Source of the DNA: Waddliaceae bacterium
GTDB taxonomy: Bacteria > Chlamydiota > Chlamydiia > Chlamydiales > SLFE01
Direction: 5' to 3'
Assembly (NCBI GenBank): GCA_963783885.1
Contig: CAWAPJ010000012.1
Location: 31,781-95,780, forward strand
Length of the DNA: 64,000 nt
Shown here: positions 27,202 to 37,658 of the stretch, piece after piece
How the letters are laid out: each line of letters begins with the position of its first letter
How positions within the stretch are numbered: the first letter of the stretch is position 1
The notes under the pieces: generated by a model
Told to the model about the DNA's origin: nothing
Seen by the model: only the letters and a program-made list of their open reading frames with translations
The model's database searches: none
Made by a program: the position numbers and the translations under genes

Positions 27202-29117
27202 TTAAATTTCAATATCATCGGGAGATATTCTTCCCTGTCTGCCTTTGATTCTTTTCTTTAACTCCTCTTGCATCTTTCCACGAATATCCGTTTTGCTAGC
27301 TGACTCTGCTTGAGTGAATTCCTTTTGTTCTTTTCCTTCAAGACGATCCAATTCCCTTTGCAAACCAGGAAGTTTTTTCTGTAAACCTTTCAACTCTTTC
27401 TCATGACTTTCTTTTTGTTCATTATTTTCATCAATTTTTTGTTTGATGTCTTTTAATTTTTGCTTCACATTTTCTTGTTGCTGATAGATTTCTTCAATTG
27501 AAAATTTCCCTTCTTGTTTTAGCTGTTCATTTGCCTGTAAAATTTTCGCCTCATGATCATTTTTTGTAATTTGATATTCTTTTACCTTCTTTTCCTGTTC
27601 TTCAATTTCTTTTTTTATAGATGGTATAAGTTGATCTGTAATATATTTACTATCAACAACTTTTTCTCCATCATGAGTCCTGATTATGGCGTTTCCGCCT
27701 TCTGCATTCTGCAAGGCTTCATTCAATACTTGAATCTTTTTCTGATTAATAGAGAGATGTTCTTCAGTTTGTTTTATAAGTGCGTCAGATTTTTCAGCAT
27801 GGGCTTTCGATTCAATAGCTGAACTCAGGGTTTTATCTTCTTTGATTTTTCTTTCAATTACCTTAAGTTGATTTTCTAACTCTTTTCTTTGATTATTGAG
27901 CATTTTACCTGTATCTTTAAATTGTGTTTGTATTTCTCTAAATCCGCTAATTTGTTTATTCATTTCTGCTATTTCTTCACGCTTTTCTTCTCGTTTTTTG
28001 GCTTTCAACTCTTGGGCTTTTTTCGCTTTTTCTTCAGGGGAAAGCATTAGGGGAGGCGGAGGAGGAGCTCCTGGCGGGGGTGGAGGAGGGCCTTCTGAAA
28101 CAGGGGGGAGATCGGCATCTGTTACCTCTTCCAATTCATAACCTCCTACAGTCGGAATTTCCTGTTCTTCTGAAAATTCTCTTCTTTCCGGCTCTTTTTC
28201 CTGAATTTTTTCCTTGCCTTTGTCTTTTACCGGAGAAGGCTGCTGCCGGTGTCCGGCCATTGTCCCAGAAAAACGTGTCCGTTTTGCAAAGCCTTCCAAC
28301 AGTCATCAGCTGCGCGCATCCATTCCTCTTGAATTTCTTGATTAAAATCCTTATCTGCTTTTGAAAGTTCTTTCTGAGCCTGATAATACTGTCCTCTTGT
28401 TTCTAGCAGCTTAAATTGACTTAACCGGATATCTACTTTCACTGAATATTCGCTAATACGGTCTGTAAGCTTTTTCAATTCATCAATAACACCAGGTATG
28501 AACAATTTAGCCTGCCTTCTTTTTTCTCTAATTATTTTTTCCTGCTCCTTTTTCCCTTTTTCAAAATCTTCTTCCGTTATGAAAACATCTTGAAGCTTGA
28601 TCTCTCCATCTAAAATCTTGTTATAATATTCTCGACACCATTTTTCCCCTTCAAACTCAGAAACGATCTTTTTTTTCATATTGTTTAAAGGATGTCCCTT
28701 TTGGGTCAGCTTCTGATATCGTTCACTCTGCTTTTTGATTTTTTCAAGAAGGTTTTTGATATCTTCTTCCCCATAGAGATCTTCCACTTTAGAACCTATC
28801 TTCTCCGTCAATGTCGATGGATCGTCAAAATGTAAAAACTTTTCTAATTTATCCAGCTCGTTTTCAATTTCTTCTTTGGCCGCAAGCAAGTTTTGCAGAT
28901 CTTGTATCGCAGTTTCTTTATATAAACTCCTTTTAGCCCTCTCAATGGCCCCTCCCCAGCCTTTGGCGTGGGGAATAAATGCATGCTCAGAAAAATAGAT
29001 TTTTACGCCCTTTTTACACTTTTTGAGAGATTTGATGGTTTTTCCGAGATGCTTGACCTCTTTTTTCAGCTCTTCCATTGGAATTTTTGGACTTGCCTGT
29101 TTTTCAATTGGTTCCAT
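27202..29117 (-). CDS. Polyproline coiled-coil effector-like protein (two overlapping ORFs, probably one gene frameshifted near 28269-28273)
   Basis: ORFs 28227-29117 and 27202-28299 overlap in the -1 frame; PPPPPPGAPPPPP; long K/E/Q coiled coil; AT-rich. Confidence 0.7.
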
Positions 29118-29279
29118 AATTAAACCTTTTATTATTTATATATTAATATATATATTATATATATTTTATTAATTATTAATCAAATTTTTGTTAATATATT
29201 GTTAATTAAGTATAATTATTTTTAATCCGTAAATAAACCGCCTATAGACAGAAGAAATTAAAGGAGATATAGTCGGGCT

Positions 29280-29732
29280 ATGATTTGGATGAAGCTGTTT
29301 ATCGCGATTCTTTTGCTTTTGATCCTGTTGGCTGCCTGGGCAGTCTATACCAATTTTACCCCGCCTCTTCTCGGGGTCTCAGACGGAAAACTTGCCCCCT
29401 GCCCCTCCAGTCCAAATTGCGTCAGCTCTCAAAGTACAGTAAAATCCCATTATATTGACCCTCTGACACTTAAATCAGGAAGCCTGAAACCAATCGAACA
29501 GATCATAGCTCGCGATCCGCATGCCAAAATTGTCCGAAAAACCAAGGATTATTTAAGGGCTGAATATAAAACCCCGCTAGGATTTAGAGATGACGTAGAA
29601 TTTTACGTCAATCGAGAGAAAAATGTCATTGATGTCCGGTCCTCGTCGAGAGTGGGCTACAGCGATCTGGGAGTCAACCGCAGGCGTATTGAAAAAATCA
29701 GGGAGCAGCTAGCCAATGAAGCTTTACCATGA
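29280..29732 (+). CDS. DUF1499 protein
   Basis: LAPCPSSPNCVSS, GFRDDVEF, RSSSRVGYSDLGVNRRR. Confidence 0.92.
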   Translation: MIWMKLFIAILLLLILLAAWAVYTNFTPPLLGVSDGKLAPCPSSPNCVSSQSTVKSHYIDPLTLKSGSLKPIEQIIARDPHAKIVRKTKDYLRAEYKTPLGFRDDVEFYVNREKNVIDVRSSSRVGYSDLGVNRRRIEKIREQLANEALP

Positions 29733-30296
29733 AGTTCAAGGGGAGGGAGAGCCTCTTGTCCTTATAGCAGGGCTGACTGCCGACCATATAACCTGGCTGC
29801 GGGTAATAAATGCGCTTACAGAGAAATTTCAGGTGATCGTCTTTGACAATGCGGAAGGACAAAGCCCCATTCCCTCAAAACCGCACTCTATAAGTTGATG
29901 GAAGACGATGTTCCAAGAGTCAGAATCATGGAAGCGTTTCTTCCCTGATGCTTTTCCAATCAGTTTCTTGCCGTCGAAGAAAATGTCGACCTCATACTTG
30001 AACTCTTTAAAGCAAATCCTCATCCACAGACGAGCCAAGGCTTCAACACGCAATTTCATGCTGTATTGGAGGCGGATATTGAAAAAATATTAAAGGATAT
30101 ATGTCAAGAAACCCTGATCATTGCGGGAGAAGCTGATCTTTTGGCTAACCTCAAAGATGCTCACAGACTTGCAGACGGCATTAAAGGATCCAAACTCGTC
30201 GCGATTCCCAAATGCGGCCATATCCCGCACATCGAAAAACCCGATCTTTTTTGCAGCCTGATTCTCAATTTCTTACGGGGGATGCACGAATGGTGA
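29716..30296 (+). pseudogene. Alpha/beta hydrolase pseudogene (central deletion, stops/frameshifts)
   Basis: N-term LYHEVQGEGEPLVLIAGL and C-term GEAD..CGHIPHIEKP in separate short ORFs; nucleophile segment missing. Confidence 0.8.
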
Positions 30297-30522
30297 ATCG
30301 GGCCCGGAATAACTAGACTTTATCTTATAATAAATCCCTGGAGCCAAGAAAAAGAGGCTGATGATCGCCAGTATCAGCACGATCCAAAAAATCAGGACAA
30401 TCGTCGAAAACTTGATCTTCATATTTCTCTTGTAGCCTAATTAGCCACATAAAAGCAATGGCATGATTTATGCTTTGTCCTTCCGCATGGCTGCTCGGCC
30501 ATAACAATCTAAGGAGGTTATA

Positions 30523-31068
30523 ATGACTAAGCTATTTAAGATCATAGGCTTAGGATTCGGAGCCATGCTCATTGCCACGTTCCCACTAGTGGGGGCAATG
30601 AATTCTGAAAGCATGGACCAAGCAAATCAGACAATGGATCAAGCAAACAAAAAAGATATTGTCGATATGGCTGCGTCGCAAGATAATTTTGCGACTTTCG
30701 TCATGCTCCTCAATAAAACAGGGCTTAGCGGAGTTCTCAAAGGAGAAGGGCCGTTTACAATTTTCGTACCTACCGACAAAGCTTTTGAAGCTCTTGGGCA
30801 CCCTAAGCTGGAATCACTGCTTCTGCCGAGCAATTCAGAAGAGCTCAAGTCTATTCTCATGTTTCTTATCGTTCCCAAAAAGCTCACAAGCTCTGATATC
30901 AAAGGGGACATGACTGTCCAAACCTTAAATGGCAAAGATCTTAAAATCACTTCTGAAGACGGAAAAATCATGGTCGATGATGCTGCTGTTGTCGGTTCCG
31001 ATCTAGATGCCAGCAACGGCGTGATCCACGTAATTGATAAAGTAATCATGCCTCCAAAATCGAATTGA
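30523..31068 (+). CDS. Fasciclin (FAS1) domain secreted protein
   Basis: GPFTIFVPTDKAF, ASNGVIHVIDKV; signal peptide; AAGGAGG RBS. Confidence 0.93.
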   Translation: MTKLFKIIGLGFGAMLIATFPLVGAMNSESMDQANQTMDQANKKDIVDMAASQDNFATFVMLLNKTGLSGVLKGEGPFTIFVPTDKAFEALGHPKLESLLLPSNSEELKSILMFLIVPKKLTSSDIKGDMTVQTLNGKDLKITSEDGKIMVDDAAVVGSDLDASNGVIHVIDKVIMPPKSN

Positions 31069-31080
31069 TAGGCACTTCTT

Positions 31081-31114
31081 GCCGGGGTTTGCTTCAAGCC
31101 CCGGCTTTTTTTTT
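31081..31114 (+). terminator. Rho-independent terminator
   Basis: GCCGGGG...CCCCGGC followed by a T-run. Confidence 0.9.
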
Positions 31115-31146
31115 GACAAGATGTCGCCAGAAGGGGAAAATAACAG

Positions 31147-32604
31147 GTGATGGGATTGTTACTTAAGATCATCTTTATCGCATCAATTCCGCTGTATCTT
31201 ATGGCTGATCAGGATATTATTGACTATATTGAAAAGACGTGGACATTGCTGGAAAGATCATGCGATCAAGGTGCTCTTTGCACTCCCGATCCCAAACTGA
31301 TCAGCGATAACCATCCTGTCATTTACATCGCACAAGATGAAGATCCCGAAAGGATCCATCTGAGGGCCGAGGTTAAAATCCTTCCAGACACCGTTGAAGA
31401 CATCGAACATCACGGCCTCCTTTTTGTTCCGAAGCCTTACATCACTCCGGGAGGCCGGTTCAATGAAATGTATGGCTGGGACAGCTATTTTATTGTCCTG
31501 GGTCTAAAAGCCTCGGGGAGGTTGGATATGGCCCGGAATATGGTCGACAACCACCTGTATGAAGTGCAGCATTACGGCCACGTGCTCAACAGCAACCGCA
31601 CTTATCACCTGACCCGCTCCCAGCCGCCCGTACTTTCGCTAATGGTTTTGGAAGTCTATGGAAACGACATTGCTAAATTGACAGAAGCCTACCCTCTTCT
31701 GGTCAAATATTACAGCTTTTGGAACCAACCTCCACGGCTTGTCAAAAATTATGGGTTGTCTCGGTACTACGATCACGGGCAAGGTCCGGCTGTCGAAGTT
31801 CTTTCCTCGGAAATCGACCATCTCGGTTTCAATCATTTTGACCGCGTTGAATCCTTGGTCTTGAAAAAAGTTCTTCACGTGTCGGACAAATATTACGACC
31901 CCAAAACCAAAACCTGGAAAGAGAGCTATTATCTCGACGACAAAGCCATGAGGGAATCGGGTTTCGACGTCTCCTGCTGCTTCGGCCCTTACGGCATCGA
32001 AACCACCCGGCACATTCCGGTTTGCCTCAATACTCTGCTCTTCATGATGGAGCAAGATCTTGCCGTTATCGCCAATAAACTCGGGATCAAGCACGATTGG
32101 GACAAGCTGGCCCAAGCCAGAAAAACACGGATCAACCGCCTCCTTTGGAGCGAGGAGAGAGGCCTTTACTTCCCCTACAACTTCAAACGGAAAACCCACT
32201 ATGCCTACCCCTTTCTCGCTACTTTTTATCCCCTATGGGCCAAAATTGCCTCTCCGGAGCAAGCCGCCGCCGTTGCCGGCAATCTTGCCATCTTTGAGGG
32301 CAAAGGGGGACTCATGGCAAGCTCGACTGCAACCGGCTGCCAATGGGATGCTCCTTATGGCTGGGCTCCATTTCAATGGATCGCCATTGAAGGACTGAGA
32401 AACTACGGTTATCACAAAGAAGCCGACCGCATCGCAAAAAAATTCACCTCGTTAATCGAAAAAGAGTATCAAAGAACCGGCCATATCTATGAAAAGTACG
32501 ACGTTGACAGGTGCACCTCGGACGTTCACCTTGAATACGGCTACGAAAGCAACGAATACGGCTTTGGCTGGACTAATGCCGTCTATTTGCTTTTATTTCA
32601 TTGA
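31147..32604 (+). CDS. Trehalase (GH37) with signal-like N-terminus
   Basis: PGGRFNEMYGWDSYF, RSQPP, RESGFD, QWDAPYGWAP.QW, EKYDV, GFGWTN. Confidence 0.93.
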   Translation: MMGLLLKIIFIASIPLYLMADQDIIDYIEKTWTLLERSCDQGALCTPDPKLISDNHPVIYIAQDEDPERIHLRAEVKILPDTVEDIEHHGLLFVPKPYITPGGRFNEMYGWDSYFIVLGLKASGRLDMARNMVDNHLYEVQHYGHVLNSNRTYHLTRSQPPVLSLMVLEVYGNDIAKLTEAYPLLVKYYSFWNQPPRLVKNYGLSRYYDHGQGPAVEVLSSEIDHLGFNHFDRVESLVLKKVLHVSDKYYDPKTKTWKESYYLDDKAMRESGFDVSCCFGPYGIETTRHIPVCLNTLLFMMEQDLAVIANKLGIKHDWDKLAQARKTRINRLLWSEERGLYFPYNFKRKTHYAYPFLATFYPLWAKIASPEQAAAVAGNLAIFEGKGGLMASSTATGCQWDAPYGWAPFQWIAIEGLRNYGYHKEADRIAKKFTSLIEKEYQRTGHIYEKYDVDRCTSDVHLEYGYESNEYGFGWTNAVYLLLFH

Positions 32605-32649
32605 CATCTAACTCCAACATCGTATAGTCAAATAAAATTTTTAAAGGAG

Positions 32650-34164
32650 TTGGATATGACCGCCGCGCCGCCAAAAAGCAAAACCGCGCGCCTGTTCATC
32701 GAAGGTGAATTTCGTGAATCTAAAACAGATGAGTGGCTTGAAAACCGCAATCCCGCCAATCAGGAAATTCTGTCGCTAGTCCCTTGCGCCTCTTTGAATG
32801 AAGTCAACGACGCTGCTGCTTCCGCAAGCAGGGCCTTTCAATCTTGGCGGGACGTTCCGCCGTCTGAAAGGGCAAGAGTTTTCCTCCGCCTGCAAAAACT
32901 TATAAGAGACAACTTAGAAGACCTGGCACGCTGCATCACACAAGAGGAGGGAAAGACATTCTCGGACGCTAAAGGCGATGTCTGGCGCGGACTCGAAGTT
33001 GTGGAGTATGCATGCGGCATCCCTTCATTAATTATGGGCGAGATGGTTGAAAATGTCTCCAAAGGAATCGACACATACAGCATTCAACAGCCACTTGGAG
33101 TCTGCGCAGGGATTACCCCTTTCAACTTTCCGGCAATGATTCCCCTTTGGATGTTTCCCATTGCGATCGCCTGCGGCAACACATTCGTGCTTAAACCCAG
33201 CGAACAGGCTCCCGAGACGGCAATGATGCTGGCCGAACTTGTCCAACAAGCGGGCCTGCCCCAAGGAGTTTTGAATATTGTACACGGTGCCAAAGACGTT
33301 GTGAACGCGCTCTGCAATCACCCTGCGATTAAAGCGGTCTCCTTTGTCGGATCGGCACCAACCGGCCACCATGTTTTTGACAGGGCAACAAGCGCAGGAA
33401 AGAGATGCCAAGCCCTTCTAGGAGCTAAAAACCATACCGTCGTCATGCCCGACGCCCACAAAGAAAAGACATTGAACGCCATTGCCGGAGCCGCCTTCGG
33501 CGCCACAGGACAGCGATGCATGGCCCTCTCTGTGGCTGTCTTTGTTGGAGAAGCTTATCAATGGACCCGCGAACTTATCAAAAAGGCCAAAGAACTTCGC
33601 GTCGGTCCCGGAAACACGGATCCCGATCTGGGACCGCTGATCTCCCCTCAGGCCAAGGAGAGAGTGTGCCGGTTGATCCAATCCGCCGAGGACGAAGGGG
33701 CTTCCATACTGCTAGACGGAAGATCGCTTGTCGTTCCCGGATATGAAGCGGGAAATTTTGTCGGCCCTACAATTATCGGCAATGCGAACCCATCAATGGA
33801 AGCCTACCGGCAGGAAATTTTCGGACCCGTTCTTCTTCTTTTGAGGGCAGACACCTTAGACGATGCCATCGAGCTGATCAATCAAAACCCTTACGGCAAC
33901 GGCACATCCATTTTTACAGAATCGGGAAGCTCCGCACGCCGCTTCCAGCACTTAGTCGATGTCGGACAAGTCGGAATCAATATTCCCATACCCGTCCCGC
34001 TCCCCTTCTTCAGTTTTACCGGTTCGAGGGGCTCTATCAGGGGCGATCACCACGCTTATGGCAAACACGCTGTCAGATTTTATACGCAAACCAAAACCAT
34101 CACCACCAGATGGCTGGGATCGGGCAGCGCATCATCAACCCTTAACACAACGATTCAATTATGA
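32650..34164 (+). CDS. iolA: CoA-acylating (methyl)malonate-semialdehyde dehydrogenase
   Basis: [36 protein letters not shown]. Confidence 0.93.
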   Translation: MDMTAAPPKSKTARLFIEGEFRESKTDEWLENRNPANQEILSLVPCASLNEVNDAAASASRAFQSWRDVPPSERARVFLRLQKLIRDNLEDLARCITQEEGKTFSDAKGDVWRGLEVVEYACGIPSLIMGEMVENVSKGIDTYSIQQPLGVCAGITPFNFPAMIPLWMFPIAIACGNTFVLKPSEQAPETAMMLAELVQQAGLPQGVLNIVHGAKDVVNALCNHPAIKAVSFVGSAPTGHHVFDRATSAGKRCQALLGAKNHTVVMPDAHKEKTLNAIAGAAFGATGQRCMALSVAVFVGEAYQWTRELIKKAKELRVGPGNTDPDLGPLISPQAKERVCRLIQSAEDEGASILLDGRSLVVPGYEAGNFVGPTIIGNANPSMEAYRQEIFGPVLLLLRADTLDDAIELINQNPYGNGTSIFTESGSSARRFQHLVDVGQVGINIPIPVPLPFFSFTGSRGSIRGDHHAYGKHAVRFYTQTKTITTRWLGSGSASSTLNTTIQL

Positions 34165-35182
34165 TTAACGCATGTTTATTTGGCGCCGGGCGCATGGGCG
34201 TCGATCACGCCAAACACATCAGCCGCAGTCCAGACGCCAACCTTTACTGCGTCGCCGATCCCAATGTTGAAGCAGCTGAAACGCTCGCTTCTCAATACGG
34301 CGCTAAAGCCTACGCGAGTGCCGGCGAAGCTCTTGGAGACCCAAGCGTCGACGCTGTTGTCATTGCGAGCAGCACAGCGACCCACGCAGACCTTATTATT
34401 GCCGCGGCGAAAGCGGGAAAACCTATCTTTTGCGAAAAACCGATCGACCTGACCCTCGAAAGAATCGACGCGTGCCTCGAAGTTGTCGAGAGATGCCGCG
34501 TCCCCCTCCTCATCGGATTCAACCGCCGTTTCGACCCTAGTTTTCAATATTTGAAGTCGCAGCTTGATGCCAACGTCTTAGGACAACTCGAACAAATTTC
34601 CATATCCAGCCGCGACCTCGCCCTCCCCTCCATCGACTACCTGAAAACATCCGGCGGCATGTTCCCGCGATATGACCATTCACGACTTCGATATGGCCAG
34701 ATGGCTTCTGCAGGACGAGCCTGTCGAAGTATACGCAGCGGGAAGCTGTCTTGTCGACTCCTCTCTTAGCCACATTCGGCGACGTCGACACCTCCATAGC
34801 CGTTCTCAAAACCTCAAAAGGGGCCCTTTGCCAGATATTCAACAGCCGCCGCTGCTCCTTCGGCTACGATCAAAGAATTGAAGTTTCGGGAGAAAAGGGA
34901 ATGCTGCACGCCAATAACCTGCACCCTACAACCATTGTGCATTCCAATGAGCTGGGCATACGGAAAGGCTGCCCCCACCCGAGCTTTCCGCAAAGATACC
35001 AAACGGCGTATCAACTTGAAATGGACCACTTCTTTACCGAGGTGGTCAAAAACGGCAAAAAACCCCGGATTACCGGAACCGACGGAAAGCAGGCGCTTGT
35101 TATCGCCAATGCCGCGACAGAGTCCTATCAGACAGGCAAGCCTGTTGTGATTCCCGCCTCAAAATCTTGGGCAAATTTTTGA
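34161..35182 (+). CDS. iolG: myo-Inositol 2-dehydrogenase, two apparent one-base insertions (about 34665 and 34760)
   Basis: [18 protein letters not shown], (R)[16 protein letters not shown] spread over three frames. Confidence 0.9.
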
Positions 35183-36603
35183 AGGCTGGGCCGCTTGCTA
35201 TAATCCTCTTGCAGTGCCTCGTATAGGGTAGTATATTGGCTATCAGAAAGTTTTACCTTTAAACCGATTTTGTCCAATTTGGTTTTAAACTCTTCTTTAT
35301 TTCGAAAACGCGGCAATATTTCGGGCGTGAAAAGTTCAGTGTCTTCTTTACAGCTTGAAGTATCTTTGCCGGTCAACAAACAAGTTGTGACAAGCGCCTG
35401 AGAAAACACAACCCTGGCTTCTGCAAATTTCTCCAGCTGGTTTAAGCACTTTTCAAGGGAAATATTTTTATTGCCGAATCTTTGTATAAGATTTCGTTGC
35501 TTAGTAATATCTTCATTACATGTTGTGCCTGGAGTATAAACTCCAATGATGTCATTTTCCAAATTACCACAACATGTAACAAGTGCATCTATTACTGCAT
35601 CCATTGTTTTATATTGATCATTCTCTAAAGTTAGCTCTTTAATTTCCTTTTTAATTCCAGCATAATTTTTCAAAAGATCTTTAAATTTACTTCTTTTGAT
35701 ATCCCCTCCTAAATCAGATACGACTAAATCAAATTTTCCGTCTTTGATGGAATATAAAGTATTTTCTGCCTTGTGATCGCCATGAAAAAATCCTTTGTTC
35801 CAGATTGTTAATAAACCAGTATTTAAACTATGGATCATATCCAGTATGAACCCTTTATATTGTTTGTCATCGATCAGTCTAATTAACTCCAATCCATCCC
35901 CATCGTAGCGACGGCCGATATAGCCCACTACATCTTTGTTTTTATCAGTCACTGCTGTATGAGGAGGAGCCTGGATTCCTTTCTTGTGTCCTTCTTCATG
36001 CAATTCGGTTAAGATTTTATATTCATTTTGTATATCTGTAAGAGCCTTATCACCAGCTAAATCACTGGCTAATTTTTCGGCAACCCTCTCATTAGTGCCA
36101 AGTGATATAGCACCTCTGATCTCTCCAAACGACCCAAACTGAAATATGTTTTTAGAAATTACATGTATGGCTACTGCCTTATCGTGCATTTTGGGATCAG
36201 TTATGGTACTAACGAGAATCTTTTTTCCTTTATAAGTCATAAGTTCATGTGTTCCTAGATCTTGTTTCATTCCCTTCCGAACAAGTTTTTTGACCTTTTC
36301 TTCCGATAAACCAGCTGACTTAAATTTGCCTTTATCGGAAATAATTTTTTTGAATTGTTCTTCTGTCTTTTTTTTCGTTTCTGAGGAACTATGCTTCGGA
36401 ATTACTTTTTTAATTATTTTGCTTAGTTGATGTACAACGCTTTTAAAAGCAGAGACCAAATATTGGAAACAAGATTTGGATATTTTGATGATACGGTGAT
36501 TGCCATTATATTTTAGTGTGTTCGAGGCGTCCACACCATTTAACGGATAAATCACTGGTTTATAAATTCTTGAATTACTTTCAGAGATAGTTGAATTGTT
36601 CAT
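35128..36603 (-). CDS. Eukaryote-type Ser/Thr kinase-like effector candidate
   Basis: FGSFG loop, VAEK, helix-C Glu, HGDHKAEN, SDLGG; AT-rich. Confidence 0.8.
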   Translation of the reverse strand: MNNSTISESNSRIYKPVIYPLNGVDASNTLKYNGNHRIIKISKSCFQYLVSAFKSVVHQLSKIIKKVIPKHSSSETKKKTEEQFKKIISDKGKFKSAGLSEEKVKKLVRKGMKQDLGTHELMTYKGKKILVSTITDPKMHDKAVAIHVISKNIFQFGSFGEIRGAISLGTNERVAEKLASDLAGDKALTDIQNEYKILTELHEEGHKKGIQAPPHTAVTDKNKDVVGYIGRRYDGDGLELIRLIDDKQYKGFILDMIHSLNTGLLTIWNKGFFHGDHKAENTLYSIKDGKFDLVVSDLGGDIKRSKFKDLLKNYAGIKKEIKELTLENDQYKTMDAVIDALVTCCGNLENDIIGVYTPGTTCNEDITKQRNLIQRFGNKNISLEKCLNQLEKFAEARVVFSQALVTTCLLTGKDTSSCKEDTELFTPEILPRFRNKEEFKTKLDKIGLKVKLSDSQYTTLYEALQEDYSKRPSLQKFAQDFEAGITTGLPV

Positions 36604-36773
36604 TTTTATGCCCTTTAATATTAAATTAAATAATGTCTTAAATTTTAATAGAAAATTATTAATGATTTATTAAGATTAAAGGTTGTTTTTTAAAAATAGA
36701 AAAAAATATGTCTAAACGTAAATTCTCTGTGTCTTAGCGTCTCGAGCGATCAAAGCGAGCGGGTGTTTAAATA

Positions 36774-37658
36774 TTAAAATAGCCGATTAACCGAAGAATA
36801 ACCGAGCTTTGCGTAGTGAAACGGCTCGGCTTTATTCGGGTCTTGTTCCGCCTCAACGACGATCCAGCCGCTATAGTCATTTTGGCAAAGGGTTTTCGTT
36901 ATAGAGCCGAAGTCCAATGTACCGTCCGATTCGTCTCCGGGGACTGTGAAAGCGCCGTCAATGATGGCGGAAAAGAAATCGGAATCGTCCTCAAATTTCT
37001 GTTGAAGGATCGAATGGCGGATATTCTTGTAATGAACATGGGTGATGCGGCCGATATGTTTTTGCAGGACGGCAAGTGGATCATTGCCGGCGAAAAACAG
37101 ATGACCACTGTCAAAAAGAAGTCCAAGGGTTTCTGTGGCCTTCATTAAACGATCGATGTCATGGGCATCCTGAATGACAGTTCCCATATGATGATGATAG
37201 GATGAAGTGAACCCCTCCCGCCTCAAATGCTCAGCTAAGGTGTCGAGCTTTTCTCCTAGCTGTTTGACTTCGTCGTCATTTAATTTAGGGCGCTTTGATA
37301 GCGGCGTTCCAGGCTGCCTATGCACGGCATAGGAACAATCCGCGAGATTTACAATGCCGCTGCCGATTTTTGACAGGGTATCGCAGTGGGATTTGAGGGA
37401 TTCGAGTTCTTGTTCCAAAGGGTTTTGCAGAAGAAACGTCGAGTGCCAGCCGGCAACACATGTCAATCCCCTGTCTTGCAATAGCTTCGGCAAACGGTCC
37501 ATCACTTTCCTAAATGGGTCTTCTAGCTCCACACCGCGATAGCCGATCAGCGCCGCTTCGGAGAGGCAGTGCTCGACTGCTATATGGCTGCCGAGAGACG
37601 GGATGTCGCTGTTCATCCAGGAAAGGGGGCTGATGCCGAGTTTGATATCAGTTTGCAT
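36774..37658 (-). CDS. iolE: myo-Inosose-2 dehydratase
   Basis: LGISPLSW.N.D, YHHHMGT, FTVPGD, VEAEQDP. Confidence 0.95.
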   Translation of the reverse strand: MQTDIKLGISPLSWMNSDIPSLGSHIAVEHCLSEAALIGYRGVELEDPFRKVMDRLPKLLQDRGLTCVAGWHSTFLLQNPLEQELESLKSHCDTLSKIGSGIVNLADCSYAVHRQPGTPLSKRPKLNDDEVKQLGEKLDTLAEHLRREGFTSSYHHHMGTVIQDAHDIDRLMKATETLGLLFDSGHLFFAGNDPLAVLQKHIGRITHVHYKNIRHSILQQKFEDDSDFFSAIIDGAFTVPGDESDGTLDFGSITKTLCQNDYSGWIVVEAEQDPNKAEPFHYAKLGYSSVNRLF

